From the NCBI GenBank assembly GCA_950097015.1, contig CATNEN010000011.1:558001-622000 (forward strand): a stretch of DNA of 64,000 nt. The letters run 5' to 3'. The stretch is from Macrostomum hystrix. Taxonomy: Eukaryota > Animalia > Platyhelminthes. Made by a program: the position numbers and the translations under genes. Below the pieces are notes generated by a model, which searched no databases, was not told where the DNA came from, and worked only from the letters and a program-made list of their open reading frames with translations. Below, piece after piece: positions 47,053-59,251 of this stretch. Positions within the stretch are counted from its first letter, which is position 1. The number at the start of each line of letters is the position of its first letter.

Positions 47053-48361
47053 TTTTTAAATAGCATATTTTATATAGCAAATTTTGGTTATAAAAGTCTG
47101 CTACTTAAATATCTGCAGGCTGTATAATTAGGTTGGAAAAAAGCTGAGAAACGTATAACTAATAGTGGACTTTTTTTAATGAAATAAATGTAATATTAAC
47201 AGAAAGCCTACAGGAAAATGTTTACATAGCCGAACAACCAGTATAACGCATGCATAAAGAAACTTTGTATGAACTTAATATCCACCACCCAACCATAAGT
47301 GCTACATTATTTATTTATTTGAATACATCTGGTTATGAAACAGGCTTAAAAAGATTCTAAGCCACATTTGTTTTTAATTTATTTTCAGTTGCTCTAGCTC
47401 TGAAAAGCAGAACTTTACGCTCATGTGACTGCAGTTTCCCTTCATTGTTTTCGTAACTTTTAAGAAACCACGACACGTAAGCTCAATAACTCTTGTCGGA
47501 TGCAAGTAAAATGATTTTTTATTTACCACTTTTAAACAGTATGAAATTTGTTTTCTAAGTTTTTAATCCAAATTATCGTCATAAACATTCCACTATTTGA
47601 TTTTACGTGTAGTGCTTTTGTTAAAAATGACTAACATAAAATGTCTAACTAAATTACGTGAATTTTAAGCGAAGGCACTAAATATAATTTGGAGTTTGCT
47701 AATCGTCTGTCCTAGTAAAATTACTTCATTAAAACCCTAAAATTTTCAAAGAAAATCATGTAAATATATTTTTTGTGCGTGCGCTTTAATGCTCCTACGT
47801 AATTGTAGGTAGAGTGTTGCGCAAATAAATATGCTACCTTGTTGACTTCACAATAGGTATTTAGTTCTTTTTTTTAATTTGTATGGAACTATTTATACGA
47901 GGATAAGAATATGGACGAGAAGTAGGAAAAAGTGTCGAGAATGTTTTGTGCTCGAGCATTTTGTGTATTTTACAGAGAATTAAAAGAAAGCGGCAAATAT
48001 ACGTATTAAAAACTACAGACATTTTCGCAAAAAACCAATGTATTATCTACGCTCGTATTTTTTGGTGTCTCTAAATGTCATTTCCACGCGGCGATTGACC
48101 AGCGGGATCTGAAAATTTAATAGCAGGGGTTACATGAAAGCATCGGGGTCAATTTTATGTATTCATCAGAAAAGTAAATAACTCGCGCTTCTCGAAATTA
48201 AATGTTTCTTAGGATGTATTAAAAAAGAATTGCTTAACTACTCAGACAGACGAATAGTTAGATGAGACAGATGTATAGTTTAATCTTATAAAAGATCCAA
48301 AGATTTGCAAAAAGCTGTTAACTAATACTCTTATTTAAAAAGTACTTTTTTGTTAACTTAC

Positions 48362-51300
48362 CTTCGTCAATTTCTTTCAACTCTTCAGACATACCGCTGT
48401 TGGGAATCTCCGAGGGGCCCTCTTCTTCAAATTTGCAAATGTGCTGCAGAATCGCTGCACAAAATACATTGCCCATGACATTGACGACTGTGCCAAATAT
48501 ATCTCTGCAATTTTGGGGGTTATAATTTGTGTAGACACGGTATTATTTACTCGTAAGTCAGCTTTTGAGGTACGCGATTGTAGTGAGCGCTTAATTGTTA
48601 CTAACACTGCAAGACAGATACCACCAGTTAGACAGAGACTTAATCCATTCAGATTCGCTGAGATCCACGAGTTAGAAAATAAATGCTACATTGCACAGTC
48701 TATGCGTTAGCTAGGGTACTTAGGGGTACTACGATAAGGAGGAAATTCATCTTATGAGACGTGGGTCCGGGCTCTTCACAGCAGGTCACAATCCAAGGAA
48801 AGAATGTTCTGGCCACGGTATTGCTGATATAATCGCACAGGGTCACAGGGTGCTAAGATCTTGAAGGTTATAAGCGAAAACAAATGCAATATAAAGTCAG
48901 TTGGAAGTGTTGTCACTGCAGCTAAAAAGATAAAGGATACTGCAACTGGTACTATAAAGGATTTCACTCCTTTTCGCTTCGTCCTTAAACACCAGTTTTC
49001 TACAAAGCAAAACTGTAGAAAGCGACTCAAGTAATTAGAGTTCCCTTTCAGGAAAATCAAAATGAAACTATTCTCGGTCCAGGTCAAACACTGACGTTTA
49101 CATACAACGATTGGTCGTCTCTGGTTAGCGTGCATTGTCTGAAGAGCGACTTCTGTCTGACGTTTCAGTTCAAAACAAAAGGTCGGGCGGATGATGCTCG
49201 TGCTGTCTTAATGACTTCACTGGCTGGTCAAACTTTATTATTTAATATTCTTAGCTTATTATTTAAAATTACAGCGTTGAAGCACAGGAAGCCCCGTCTG
49301 CCTTTCTACCAGCTACTTAAGTAGAAAGTTTAATTAAAGAGAAATGCGACACTCACATTATCCAGTCAACTGGCCAAATCCAAATCCAAGTATCAGAAAC
49401 GTCTAAAGCCGGCAAGCCGAAAGCAGAGGGCCACAATTCCTATTGTATATTGAACGCCACTAGGTACGCCAGGCGTGCTAGCAGAAGCAATCATTGCTAG
49501 AAAGCTGGGGATTGATTTAGCGATATTTTTCTGGGTTGAACTGAGTAAGAGATTAGTATTCTTAAACAATGTTTGCATTGATATTGTCACTTCAGTCTAA
49601 CAGGTGGTATTCCAGTCTAACAGGTGACACTCCAGTCTAACAGGCGACACTCTGGTCTAACGGGTGCACTCTAGTCTAACGGGTGACACTCTGGTCTAAC
49701 GGGTGACACTCTAGTCTAACAGGTGATACACTCGTCTAACAGGTGACACCCTCATCTAGCAGGTGACACTCTAGTCTAGCATGTGACATGAAAGTCTCAA
49801 TAATCGCTGGTACATTAGTGCATACTCGGAACGTAAAATTAGTATATTTATTATATGCATTTTAAAGTTACCATGCTTAGGGAATAACAAATATGTCCCA
49901 TTAATTATATCCTACGTACTAAAGTAACGCAACATCAAAATTATGAGTTAATTTAGTAATTAAATATTATGTTCCAACCTGTTCATTCTGGTGATTCGAG
50001 TTGAATAAGTTTGAGCATTTTAATTAATTAAATATTAATATATATGGTAACGCTGGCTTGATGGCACCGCTGGTGCGTGTGTCTGCCCGTTCGTGTTGTT
50101 GCATGTACAAAAACAAGTGCTGGTTTGGATAAATACTGTGGATCATCATCTTTCCTTTAATTATCTGTTTATGTTTTTTTGACAGGTGGGCATATAGATA
50201 GATAGGTAGATAGATCTCCTACTGCCTCTCTCACTCTCCGATTCTCCACGCTCCCTCCCGCTGTTTTCAATTTTGTTTAATTTGGTTCCCTAATAAAAAC
50301 TAAAAAATCGCCCACTACCTCCATATATGGGTCCCACATTCGGCTGTCCGGCATCTGCAGCAGTCAAGGAGACATCATCAAGATTTTGATACAGGAGTCA
50401 ATGAAGCAGTAGTCTGCTTTATTAAAGTGCTTCAGTGAGTATCCTCAGTACAGAGGCCGCTAAGTTTTGTAATATTTACAAAGTTTTTTGTTCATTTTAT
50501 TGGGTGACATGATCAGAAGTAAAAAATAATTTCGAAATATTAAGCAATATTAATGCACTTCGACCTGCTAAGGTGGCACACCCTCAATCTAGTTGCAGCG
50601 AGAATCATACGATGGTTCGATATGATTTAGAATAGATTCTTAACATGAAATTTTAATTAGAAAATTCGAAACGCACTGTATTAGGTCCAGCATATTTTCA
50701 AGCACTTCGCTGCTTATGCTTTCATCGGTCCAGTAGCCGCTGCTCGCGACTAAATTCTTTAAGTAATTGTTATTGCCTGGCTGAATAATGACCGTTAGAA
50801 TGATGCCGATTAACACAGCAGCCGAGCACGAAAAGAAGAAATATAACATTATGAAGATGCAAATCCGGTTCATAGATTTTATGTTCGGATTAGACAACCC
50901 TGGCGTTTTAATTTAAAGTGAAAGGTCTATTTTAGACACTTTTTACAGCGTTTTAAGGTCGCGAAATTGAGCTCCTAACTCCCGGATGCTTTATAATTTG
51001 CTGTAACAACCCCTGTCCTCAGGGAGTGTCTTCTCTTACCTCCAACCCCAGCTCAATTAAAATTGGCCGCAAAATCCCCACTTCCCAGTAGAAGTTTTCT
51101 CCCACTCCCAAACCCTTCTGTTGTTCGATTGCTTGCTCACTTACGTTCTGAGCTGTGACACACTAAAAGTGGGGAACGAACCTCGCGCTGGCAGACCGAG
51201 ACCGGTTTCTGGCTTGTTTGCCTTCGTCAGTCAGCCATAGCCACACGCAGTCCTCTCCCACCACTCTTAGTGTGCACAGAAGTCTCTTTTAAACTTGCCA

Positions 51301-51748
51301 TTTTTATGGCGATATTTTTTAGTGTTATGTGAGAGTTTTGCAGCCAAGTCTTTGCTTTTCTACTGTTGTCAGTAGTCTGAATTGTATCTCTCACATGAGC
51401 TAAAAGTAAAAATGATCAAACAGAAAAGCACGAGCAAGCACGAATCGGACACTAGTGAGGAGAAAAGCAACGGAAAAACCATCAGGTTGAGCATATTGAT
51501 CAGCAATTCACCCGGAAAGCCGATAAGCAGGACAGTCAGTTCGCTGGGCTCCAGTCGGCTAATCGAAAGGCCAACTGGCACAGCAAGAATCATTGACAAC
51601 AGTGTGAGAGCTGGCAAAATATTGTCTGTGTTTTTCAGGGCGCTAAGGCAATTGAAGGAAAATTTCCGATTTTGCATCGAGCTCACTTCAGTTGTACAAG
51701 TACTTTCCGAGGTCTCCGAATGGCTCCTTTTAGCGTTTTCTGGTAACT
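48362..51748 (-). pseudogene. Divergent SLC1/EAAT-family transporter paralog, probably pseudogenised
   Basis: Exon-like blocks: 51748-51446 (TM1-2, IGFPGELLINMLNLMVFPLLFSSLVS; donor reads AT instead of GT), 50899-50677 (TM3), ~49503-49356 (HP2, +1 frameshift near 49428), 48504-48362 (TM8, DIFGTVVNVMGNVFCAAILQH; followed by a GTAAGT donor). No TM4-TM7/NMDG exons found. Confidence 0.75.
49590..49790. repeat. ~20-21-bp minisatellite
   Basis: Unit (C)TAGTCTAAC(A/G)GGTGACACT, ~9 copies. Confidence 0.85.
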
Positions 51749-53823
51749 CTAGGTCCAGATAATAAATGTAATAGTATGTTTTTGTAAATACGTTTTGCCT
51801 TATAAAAAAATAATAAAAATCTTAAAGTTGAAAATGCGCCAAAAAATAACAATTTTGTTTTACTTTTTACCGTATTAAAAATAATTACTGTATAAAATGC
51901 TTTGTTTTAATAACCACCGTGTAAATATTATTTTGTTAAAATCCTGTGTGTATAAATAGCCGCAACTTTCAGACAGAAAAATAACCTTGTAGTTAACATT
52001 GAAGTTGTTGTTAAAGCTTGAAAAACTTTGTGAGTAAACTTGCAAGTCCTTGAAAGTCGTTGTTTGAAAGTGTTTATCCAAGATATAAAAAGAGTGCCTT
52101 GAAAAGAGGTGTATTGTGTTATTCATTTTAAGAGAGGAGAACATTGAGGAATATACTCAGAACTATACTAAGAACCATACTAAGAATTATACTAAGAACC
52201 ATACTAAGAATTATACTCAGATTTATACCAAGAATATTACAAAAGGGAAACTGCTAAACTCTAATCTCGGGGACGCCTAATTGACTGGAAACGCATACAG
52301 TTGCCTAATTACCGCTCCTGCAACACATACGCTACCATATTGACAAGTTAAAACGGCCCATTTAAGGACCGCCAGTAAAAAATATCTATTTGAAACAGCA
52401 GCAGTGAGATCAGACCTGGTACCACTTTGGAGGCATCAGTGCAGGATATTAAATATTATAGAATAGCCCTGCAACATAAATTAACGGTTTTTGTTTATTA
52501 GACACCAATTATAGGGCAATTTTCTCCAGTTCCTGTGGTGTCTAGTTGGGATGAGTGAGCCAGTAATGGCCAAGAGGAAGCCCAGCGTTAGCGAGGCATT
52601 CTCTTGGTCATTACGGATGCGATATCTCATCTTGATAAGATGTAACCAACGTGTCGGGATAGAAAAGCACGTTTTTCAACTTTTAACGATTGCCGCTTTT
52701 GTCCAGTTGAACCGATTTGGATGCGGTTTTTTGCAAAACATGTAAAACACCCAGGTCTATGTACTGAAGTGAAAAGCGTTGCCAGTTCAACGCGCTTTGG
52801 TTGCCATGGCAACTAACAACATGATATTTTTGGCCATGACAAAAGTTTGTCTCTCGGCACTTTTCTCGGCATTTTATGGTGTCGCCAAGTGCAGACTATC
52901 CAGTCGATGCGGGCTATAGAAGCCTACAATGATTTGATATGGATTTTTTCTTGCTGATCCATCTTCTGGGTCAAAGTGTCAAAAAACGGGTTTTTGAGGT
53001 TGAAAAAATGTGCATGTTTTTAAACTTTCTCTCACCATGCAGGTCAAAGGCCGCGAGCTAGCGCGGACTTTATACTTGCTGGGTCGTAACCCCAACACAT
53101 GGGCCTACTTGATGGTGGAGAAATTTTTTGACGGTGTACTTTTGTGATTGAAAAAATGTGCACTTTTAAAGTACTTTTAGTACAGGGTGCACTTTAGACG
53201 CCTCTATGACACAGACGTGTGACTTGAATTGCATTTCAACACATGTCAACCAACTTTCTTGGGTGTCGCCTATACGACAATGTTGGTTCCAGACTGATTG
53301 GTTGTTGTTTACCGAAGATGTGGGTAGTTAAATCCCAAAAATGTGATTTTGGTCATTTTTAGTCATTTTTTGAGGTACGAGTACAAAACTGCATGGCCAG
53401 AACGTATTTGGTGTGCGATTTGAATGCAGCTTCAGTTTTTAGAAGCGCAACTGATGTGCGCACAAAATGTATATTTTGAATTTTCTAAGCATTTACTTGC
53501 CCCGTTGGTGGATGCGAAAATCCAAAATTTTGACCCCCCGGAGGGCTAAAACATGCAAAACGGGATCAGTCATAACTTTTGATTGCTGCATCCGTTGTCC
53601 CATGATTTCGCGGGCCGCACGGCCATTGTACCATGACTACGTGGCTATCGGGCGGGCTGATATTCGATTATTGCCATAGACGATGTCATTTTGGCCCTAA
53701 AAGTTGGGCCGATAATGGATTATTTTTGTGTATTCAACGTATTTCAACAAAATAAACAATACATCAAAAAAGCAGTTAGAGTCCAGAGTCAAAGTCTAAT
53801 TTCGCAAAGCGACCTTTTTGCAC

Positions 53824-54863
53824 TCACATATAAACGTAACATTTAGCCCCGTTCTTCTCCAAGACGATCGTCGGGCCGGATTTATCAGGCTGGCCAATAG
53901 TTGTGACGGCAGTTGGAACGCTGGATGACTTTTCGCAGAGTGCTTGTGCTTGATGACTGACCACGCTCGACGTAGAGGCATGTAGACTATCTGTGATAGC
54001 CGAAGACAATGCGCGCTTCTGGGCCACCGTTGTCCGCTTAGTATAACGGACAACACTATCCACCTTTTTGTGCCCAGAGACGGTTTGAATCGCTTCGGCA
54101 CTGAATCCAGCAGAGGACAGGTTTGTTATGGTTGTTGCGCGGATCGAATGGTTGGTGTAGTCCCGCGAGAGCCTGGCCGCTTTCGAGATCGTCTTCATCA
54201 TACTGGCCAATGTGTTCTTGCCCAATACATCCTTTGGGCAATACCATGCTCCATTCTGCCACTTGACGGCAGGCCTGGGAAACAGAGAGCCGTTCTCAGA
54301 TGGAAGCTTCGAAAGATACAGTTTGATCCCTTCAACTGGGCACACAGATTTGTCTTGCACAGGAAAAATCCCAATCTCCCGATTGGACCGAGGGGCATCG
54401 GCGGACACACACTTTTCTTTCTGAAAGTCAACGCACGTCATACCTCCGGTGGATTCCCGCAGAATGACTCTTTTTTCTCAAGCGCTCGAATCCATTCACG
54501 TCCACGAAAGGCAAAGTGCGAGCTCAGGACAAAGAAAACTTCCTGTTGCAGTTTCTGTGGCGAGCTCCGGTCAAAGTACGCATGCAACAACGCCAAATCT
54601 TCAGGCTCCAATGCTCGATACCCACCGTCACCATCCATCACCGAAACAGGTTTCTTCCGTGAGTACGTAAGAGCAGCTTTGAAAGTCTTCTCAAAAGCGC
54701 TAAATTCAACATTGCCGATGATATCCAAACCTCGTAAATTCTTCAAATACCGGTAGATTCCTGCGCGCATGCATACCAGCGAACTGCAACTGTACGCCGT
54801 TCCATCATCCTTTTTAACCACCGAAAAATATGTCCCCAATACTGCTGACATAGCGAAGAACAT
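53824..54863 (-). mobile_element. Crypton-type tyrosine recombinase (DUF3504-like), copy A; 5' truncated, one frameshift
   Basis: FAFRGREWIR, CPV..KLYLSKLP, LGKNTL, YTNHSIRATTIT, VSGHKK..VVRY: the R, HxxR, H and Y catalytic residues are present. ORFs 54438..54872 and 53824..54441 join if the T6 run at 54471-54476 gains one base. Confidence 0.85.
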
Positions 54864-57800
54864 CCGCGTCACTCCGATGCCCTGTGAAATGGTCGCCGCA
54901 TAAAAAATCTATTTTATAATCTGCCAATTAAACACACCAAAATACTACGCTCGTACGCTAGTACCTGTCACAGATTTGATCTCCTGCAAACTGTGTCCGG
55001 CTTCCGTCAGGTTAGTAACAACTGTTGCGCGAATGCAATATGGTTGGTGTACTCGAACTGTAGACCAGCGCGCTTTGAGACGCCCTTCATCATATCGAAT
55101 AGTGTGTTCTTTCCCAGAACCTGCTTATGAGAATACCAAACTGCCGAATCAGGCCTGACCTTGATTGGCTTCGGAAACAAAAAATCCGTTCCTGGTGGCA
55201 GCTTAGACGCGTACAGGTCCACCGCTTCTACTGGACAATTCTGGCCTTGGATACTGAACATTCTTATCTGCTTGCTTGTCCTGCACTTGCCACGGTCTTC
55301 GGCAGTGATAGTCTTCTCCCGACCAGTTTGGATTGAGGTACAGCTTTGGAAGAACCTGCGCTGCTCAGAACAGCTATTTTTATATATGCGTCTTGCTTTA
55401 CCATCCAATAATATGCACGCGGACTTTCCATCCAATGAACGCGAATTAAGAACATACTATATATAGTCAGACGCTGAACGCAAGAGTAAAGTCCGACCCC
55501 CAACTTTTTCTTCCCATCCAGACTAGCTATTAATTAGACTTACAAGACAACCCAGACTTGGAATAGTTCTTCCTGATGTGGAGGGTGCTGCGGGAATCGA
55601 GTGGGAATGTGAGCCAGCATAATTTTTCTAATTTTTAAGTACCTAATAATTGCGACCCACATAGCAGCTGGCCGCAAACACGATCATTAATCTTAGGGCC
55701 GGGTTTGGGGCGGCGGTGAATTAAGTAGCCGTCGAATCCCTTCTCCCTGGATCAGTCTAGACCCCTGTAGGAATGACTGATCGCGGCCATAGCTTTTATT
55801 GTATGAATAGTTTAGGTCATAATTCTCCTCCAAACCGCGATCAGATATTGGGAATCACTCGGGCATTATGAGTGATCATTAATTCTTCATGTCCCCACTT
55901 CTTTACAGTATTCGAGCCCAGCTCGACTTTATGACCTCCTCTCTTAGATACATGTAAATGTCACTGTAGGCAGGTCGGCGCCTGCGCTTCCCATTGTCCT
56001 GGCGGAGTAACAATTATTGGCCGACTGTCGGCGGCTGCTCGCGAAGGAGCATCTGTCGTTTCTCGCCGCCGGTTCATTGGGTAATCGGGGCGGCAATCGC
56101 CGCTTCAATTCCTCGATGACAGGCTGGCGCGAATGTGGGTTATTTTGATGGATGTCGAGGTTGGCGTGCTGCAAGACTATTTAAGAAAGCGCGCTGCGCT
56201 GCCCCTAGGACAACCTACCTTCCTACCGCCCCCTGCTTACCTCCCTCCTACCTGCTGGGCCGGACTCCCACCGGACCTAAGGCACTTTTCCCACATCCAC
56301 TTAGGGCTTAGACCCCAGAGCTATAAGCTCAAGCAAGTGCTCACAGGCCCATTGCCTGTTTCCTTTCCCCTAATCGCAAGCCACCTCTTAGGTGGGCTCT
56401 AAATTGAGCCACTGTGCTCCCCGTGTGTTGGCCCCTGCCAGCTCACTTCAGTTTACCCTCTCTCTGCCTTGCTGCTTTGCCCTATCCCTTCCCCGAGAGC
56501 TACAGGATTGAAGCACGCGGCCGAATCAGCATTCAGATAAGTAACCCGCGCAGCGGTTGCATAATTATTACTCCTAAGGGACTAACACTCTAGGTTAGGC
56601 GGCAATTAGCGGGAGGGAAACTAGGGATTTGTTTAGCCTAATAAACTTTCTAATCTAAAGCACTTTTAACCTATTGGGCTTAATTTTACAACAACTTAAT
56701 TCCTTTTACTATGTCTCTCTTTCACTTTTATTTCATTGTTAGACAGCCCTCGATCATGAGTGGCTAACTCATTAGGGGGTGGGCTCTGGTGATGCCGAGC
56801 TGAAAGCTGCGGCAGGAGGACAACTGTGAGCGCGCATGAGAGTAATAAGGAGCTAGGGGTTTGCGAGTAAAAATGCGGAATGTAGCGTGTGCATTGCTGC
56901 TTAGGGGCGGGGAATTCCTTGGCCGGCTTTCCTCTCTCACTGGCGGATTCCAGTGTGCGCGTCAAACTCCTTTGAATTCTCCTTCTATTCCCCGCCCTCG
57001 CAACTACGGCCATGGGAGCTAGAGGCGTGATCTAATAATCTTGCGCTTGCGTAATCACTCAGCCAGTGTTCTGCTTAATCTCTCCTGCCTCTGATTTCCT
57101 CATCTCACACAGATTCGGATTTGTTAGTTACTTAACGTGTAAGCTGCAATCTAATGTAAGGAATGTGCCTGATGTTTCATGAGTAGGATTCCGGCTATGG
57201 ATTTTCATTCGAGTTCTTAGTACCACCTTTCTAGACCCCTGTAGCGCGAATTCAGGAATCCCCTGTTGAGGCGTGTCTCGATCCATTCTGGGGCTCTCAC
57301 CCCAGTCTAAAACGGAAGTTGCAGAATGCCCTATTTTTTCGGCTTGTCTAGATATGTGTGATGAACTGGGAGCTGTGTACTCCGGGGACCCAAGTCCCCA
57401 AATGTCTGCGGTGGCAACGTAGGCGCATTGGGTGGTGGCGCTACCTGAGATCATTTTCCGCTTTGCCAATAGCCTTTCCGCATTTCTGTGACAAGAGCCT
57501 GGGCCGATTCGACCACCGCTACCAAGGTTAGGAGTCGGTTATTTACATGCTACTGACGACAGTAGGCTCTCTAGCCCTGTCCTATCTGTCTACGGATAGT
57601 CCGATGCCTCACTTTAGACTTTTAGCCGGTTTCGAGCACTGCTTGGGGTAGGCACGGCTGTCACGCCTGTGGCCTATGGGACGAGTGAGACTGGCCAGCC
57701 TGAGGCCGATAGGACCACTCCCTGCATCCTTTGTACCGCCTCATCTCTCCCTTCATCTCTCCCTTCATCCCTCCCTTCGTCTCATCCCTCTCTGCGACAA

Positions 57801-59018
57801 CTCGCGGTAGCAGCGTGATCGACCTCCCGACTCTATCGTCGTTTTCCACACTCCTATCTGTCATGAGGGCGGTCATCGGCTTGTAAAGGACCCAACCATT
57901 CCATTCCTGTCTAACAGGATTGTTATAATCCCAAACCCTGAAAGAACTTACGTATATCAATATTAGAGTAATCGCCTCGACTTGACCGGCAGACCCGATC
58001 CTTAGCCTTGAGCTCCGGCTCCAGCCTTCGGAGACTCATATTGGAAGATAAGTCAGACAGTGCTCTTGTTATCTAACTAATATCTTTGCGTGATCCAACA
58101 TCTCTGTGTCTTTGTTAACATCGCTGATCGTGAAATAAAACATCTAAGTTGAAGGGTAAAACATCAGGGAAAACAGTCGACCAGGCCTCCTGTCTCCTTA
58201 TTCAATAATAGGGAATATAGATAACCGGATCCTTAGTCCTAGACCTATTCCTCGACCTAGACCTGGAACTAGCCATAGAAGCATTTTAAATTATTTCAGG
58301 ATCATGTCAATGCACCTCACATTATTGACCACAGAGAATTGCAGTGAAGACAACTTCATATCCCTAATCCATTCACGACCTCGAAATCCGAAATGGTAGA
58401 CGATATTAAAGAACACTTCATCCTGAAGCCGCACTGGATTCCGTCGAGTGAAATATTGTTTCAGAAGGGCCATGTCGGAATCCGTGATCGCGCTGAATCC
58501 AGGCTGTTCACCCGAAGTTCGCTCTCGTAGCTGGCAACTATGGCGCAGAACACACGAATAGGTTTCGTTTCTCAGTCGGAATACTTCGTTGACAATGACA
58601 TAAATGGCGCGTGTCTCCTTTACAAATCGGTGAATGCTTGCCCGAAAGCCACGAATCGTATCCGGTGCATAGGTCTTCGTTCCAAGCGCATGATTCGCTC
58701 GCAGACTAACATACCATAGGCGAAGATAGCCGTCTAAGTAGCGCAATGGCATGCTTTCGATGTCGTCAGGCAGGTTTTTCTCTCAAAGAAATTTCTTGAA
58801 CCGATCAACGTGATTCTTAGTAGTCGCTACGGTGGATGGTGACTTGGACATTGCTCAAGCCGTTTGATGCCCTCTAGCTCTTGCACATCCAAGTCACGAT
58901 ACGAAACTTCCGGATCCCGTAGATCCGTCAGAAATGTCTCCACCTCATTGAGGTCCAGGATTGGCAGTCCCGACCACTGATCGATCGTCGCCTCGGCGCA
59001 CTTGGACAATTTGGACAT
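54814..59018 (-). pseudogene. Crypton-type tyrosine recombinase, copy B, interrupted
   Basis: N-half 59018-58299 (frameshift near 58845, TGA near 58787; FGFRGREWIRDM). C-half 55333-54965 (LGKNTL, YTNH+2-bp insertion+CIRAT). 83-bp intron 54964-54882, then GHRSDADVLRY; stop at 54816-54814. Confidence 0.8.
55334..58298. mobile_element. 2965-bp TG...CA insertion with 4-bp TSD (GGAT); probable solo LTR or non-autonomous LTR element
   Basis: GGAT(55330-55333)|TGAGGTA...TATTTCA|GGAT(58299-58302); removing it restores CIDMIQTGREKT in frame. No recognisable protein domains inside; AATAAA near 58135. Confidence 0.75.
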
Positions 59019-59171
59019 GAAATCCAATTCAGCACTATCCAAGCCACTATATAATATCGCCAGTGACAATTCTTTGCAAGTTAATAATTTTCAGGTTAAC
59101 GCTCCTGAATTATATTCTCTCTCCCTCCGAACTCTCTCGGCTTCTTAAAAAATAGAGTAAAATCTCAGTTT

Positions 59172-59251
59172 TCCATAGACTAAAGTGCCGGGCAGGAATG
59201 ATTTAGACGCGGGCAGGAATGCATTCCGTGCCCGCTAATTTCGTCTATGGA
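59172..59251. mobile_element. 80-bp CCATAGAC-ended mini-element
   Basis: TCCATAGAC...GTCTATGGA with two internal GGGCAGGAATG direct repeats. Confidence 0.5.

Noticed and set aside
55944-57960. gag/pol ORFs inside the 2965-bp insertion
   Set aside because: Only short ORFs of 120 aa or less, with no RT, integrase or zinc-knuckle motifs.
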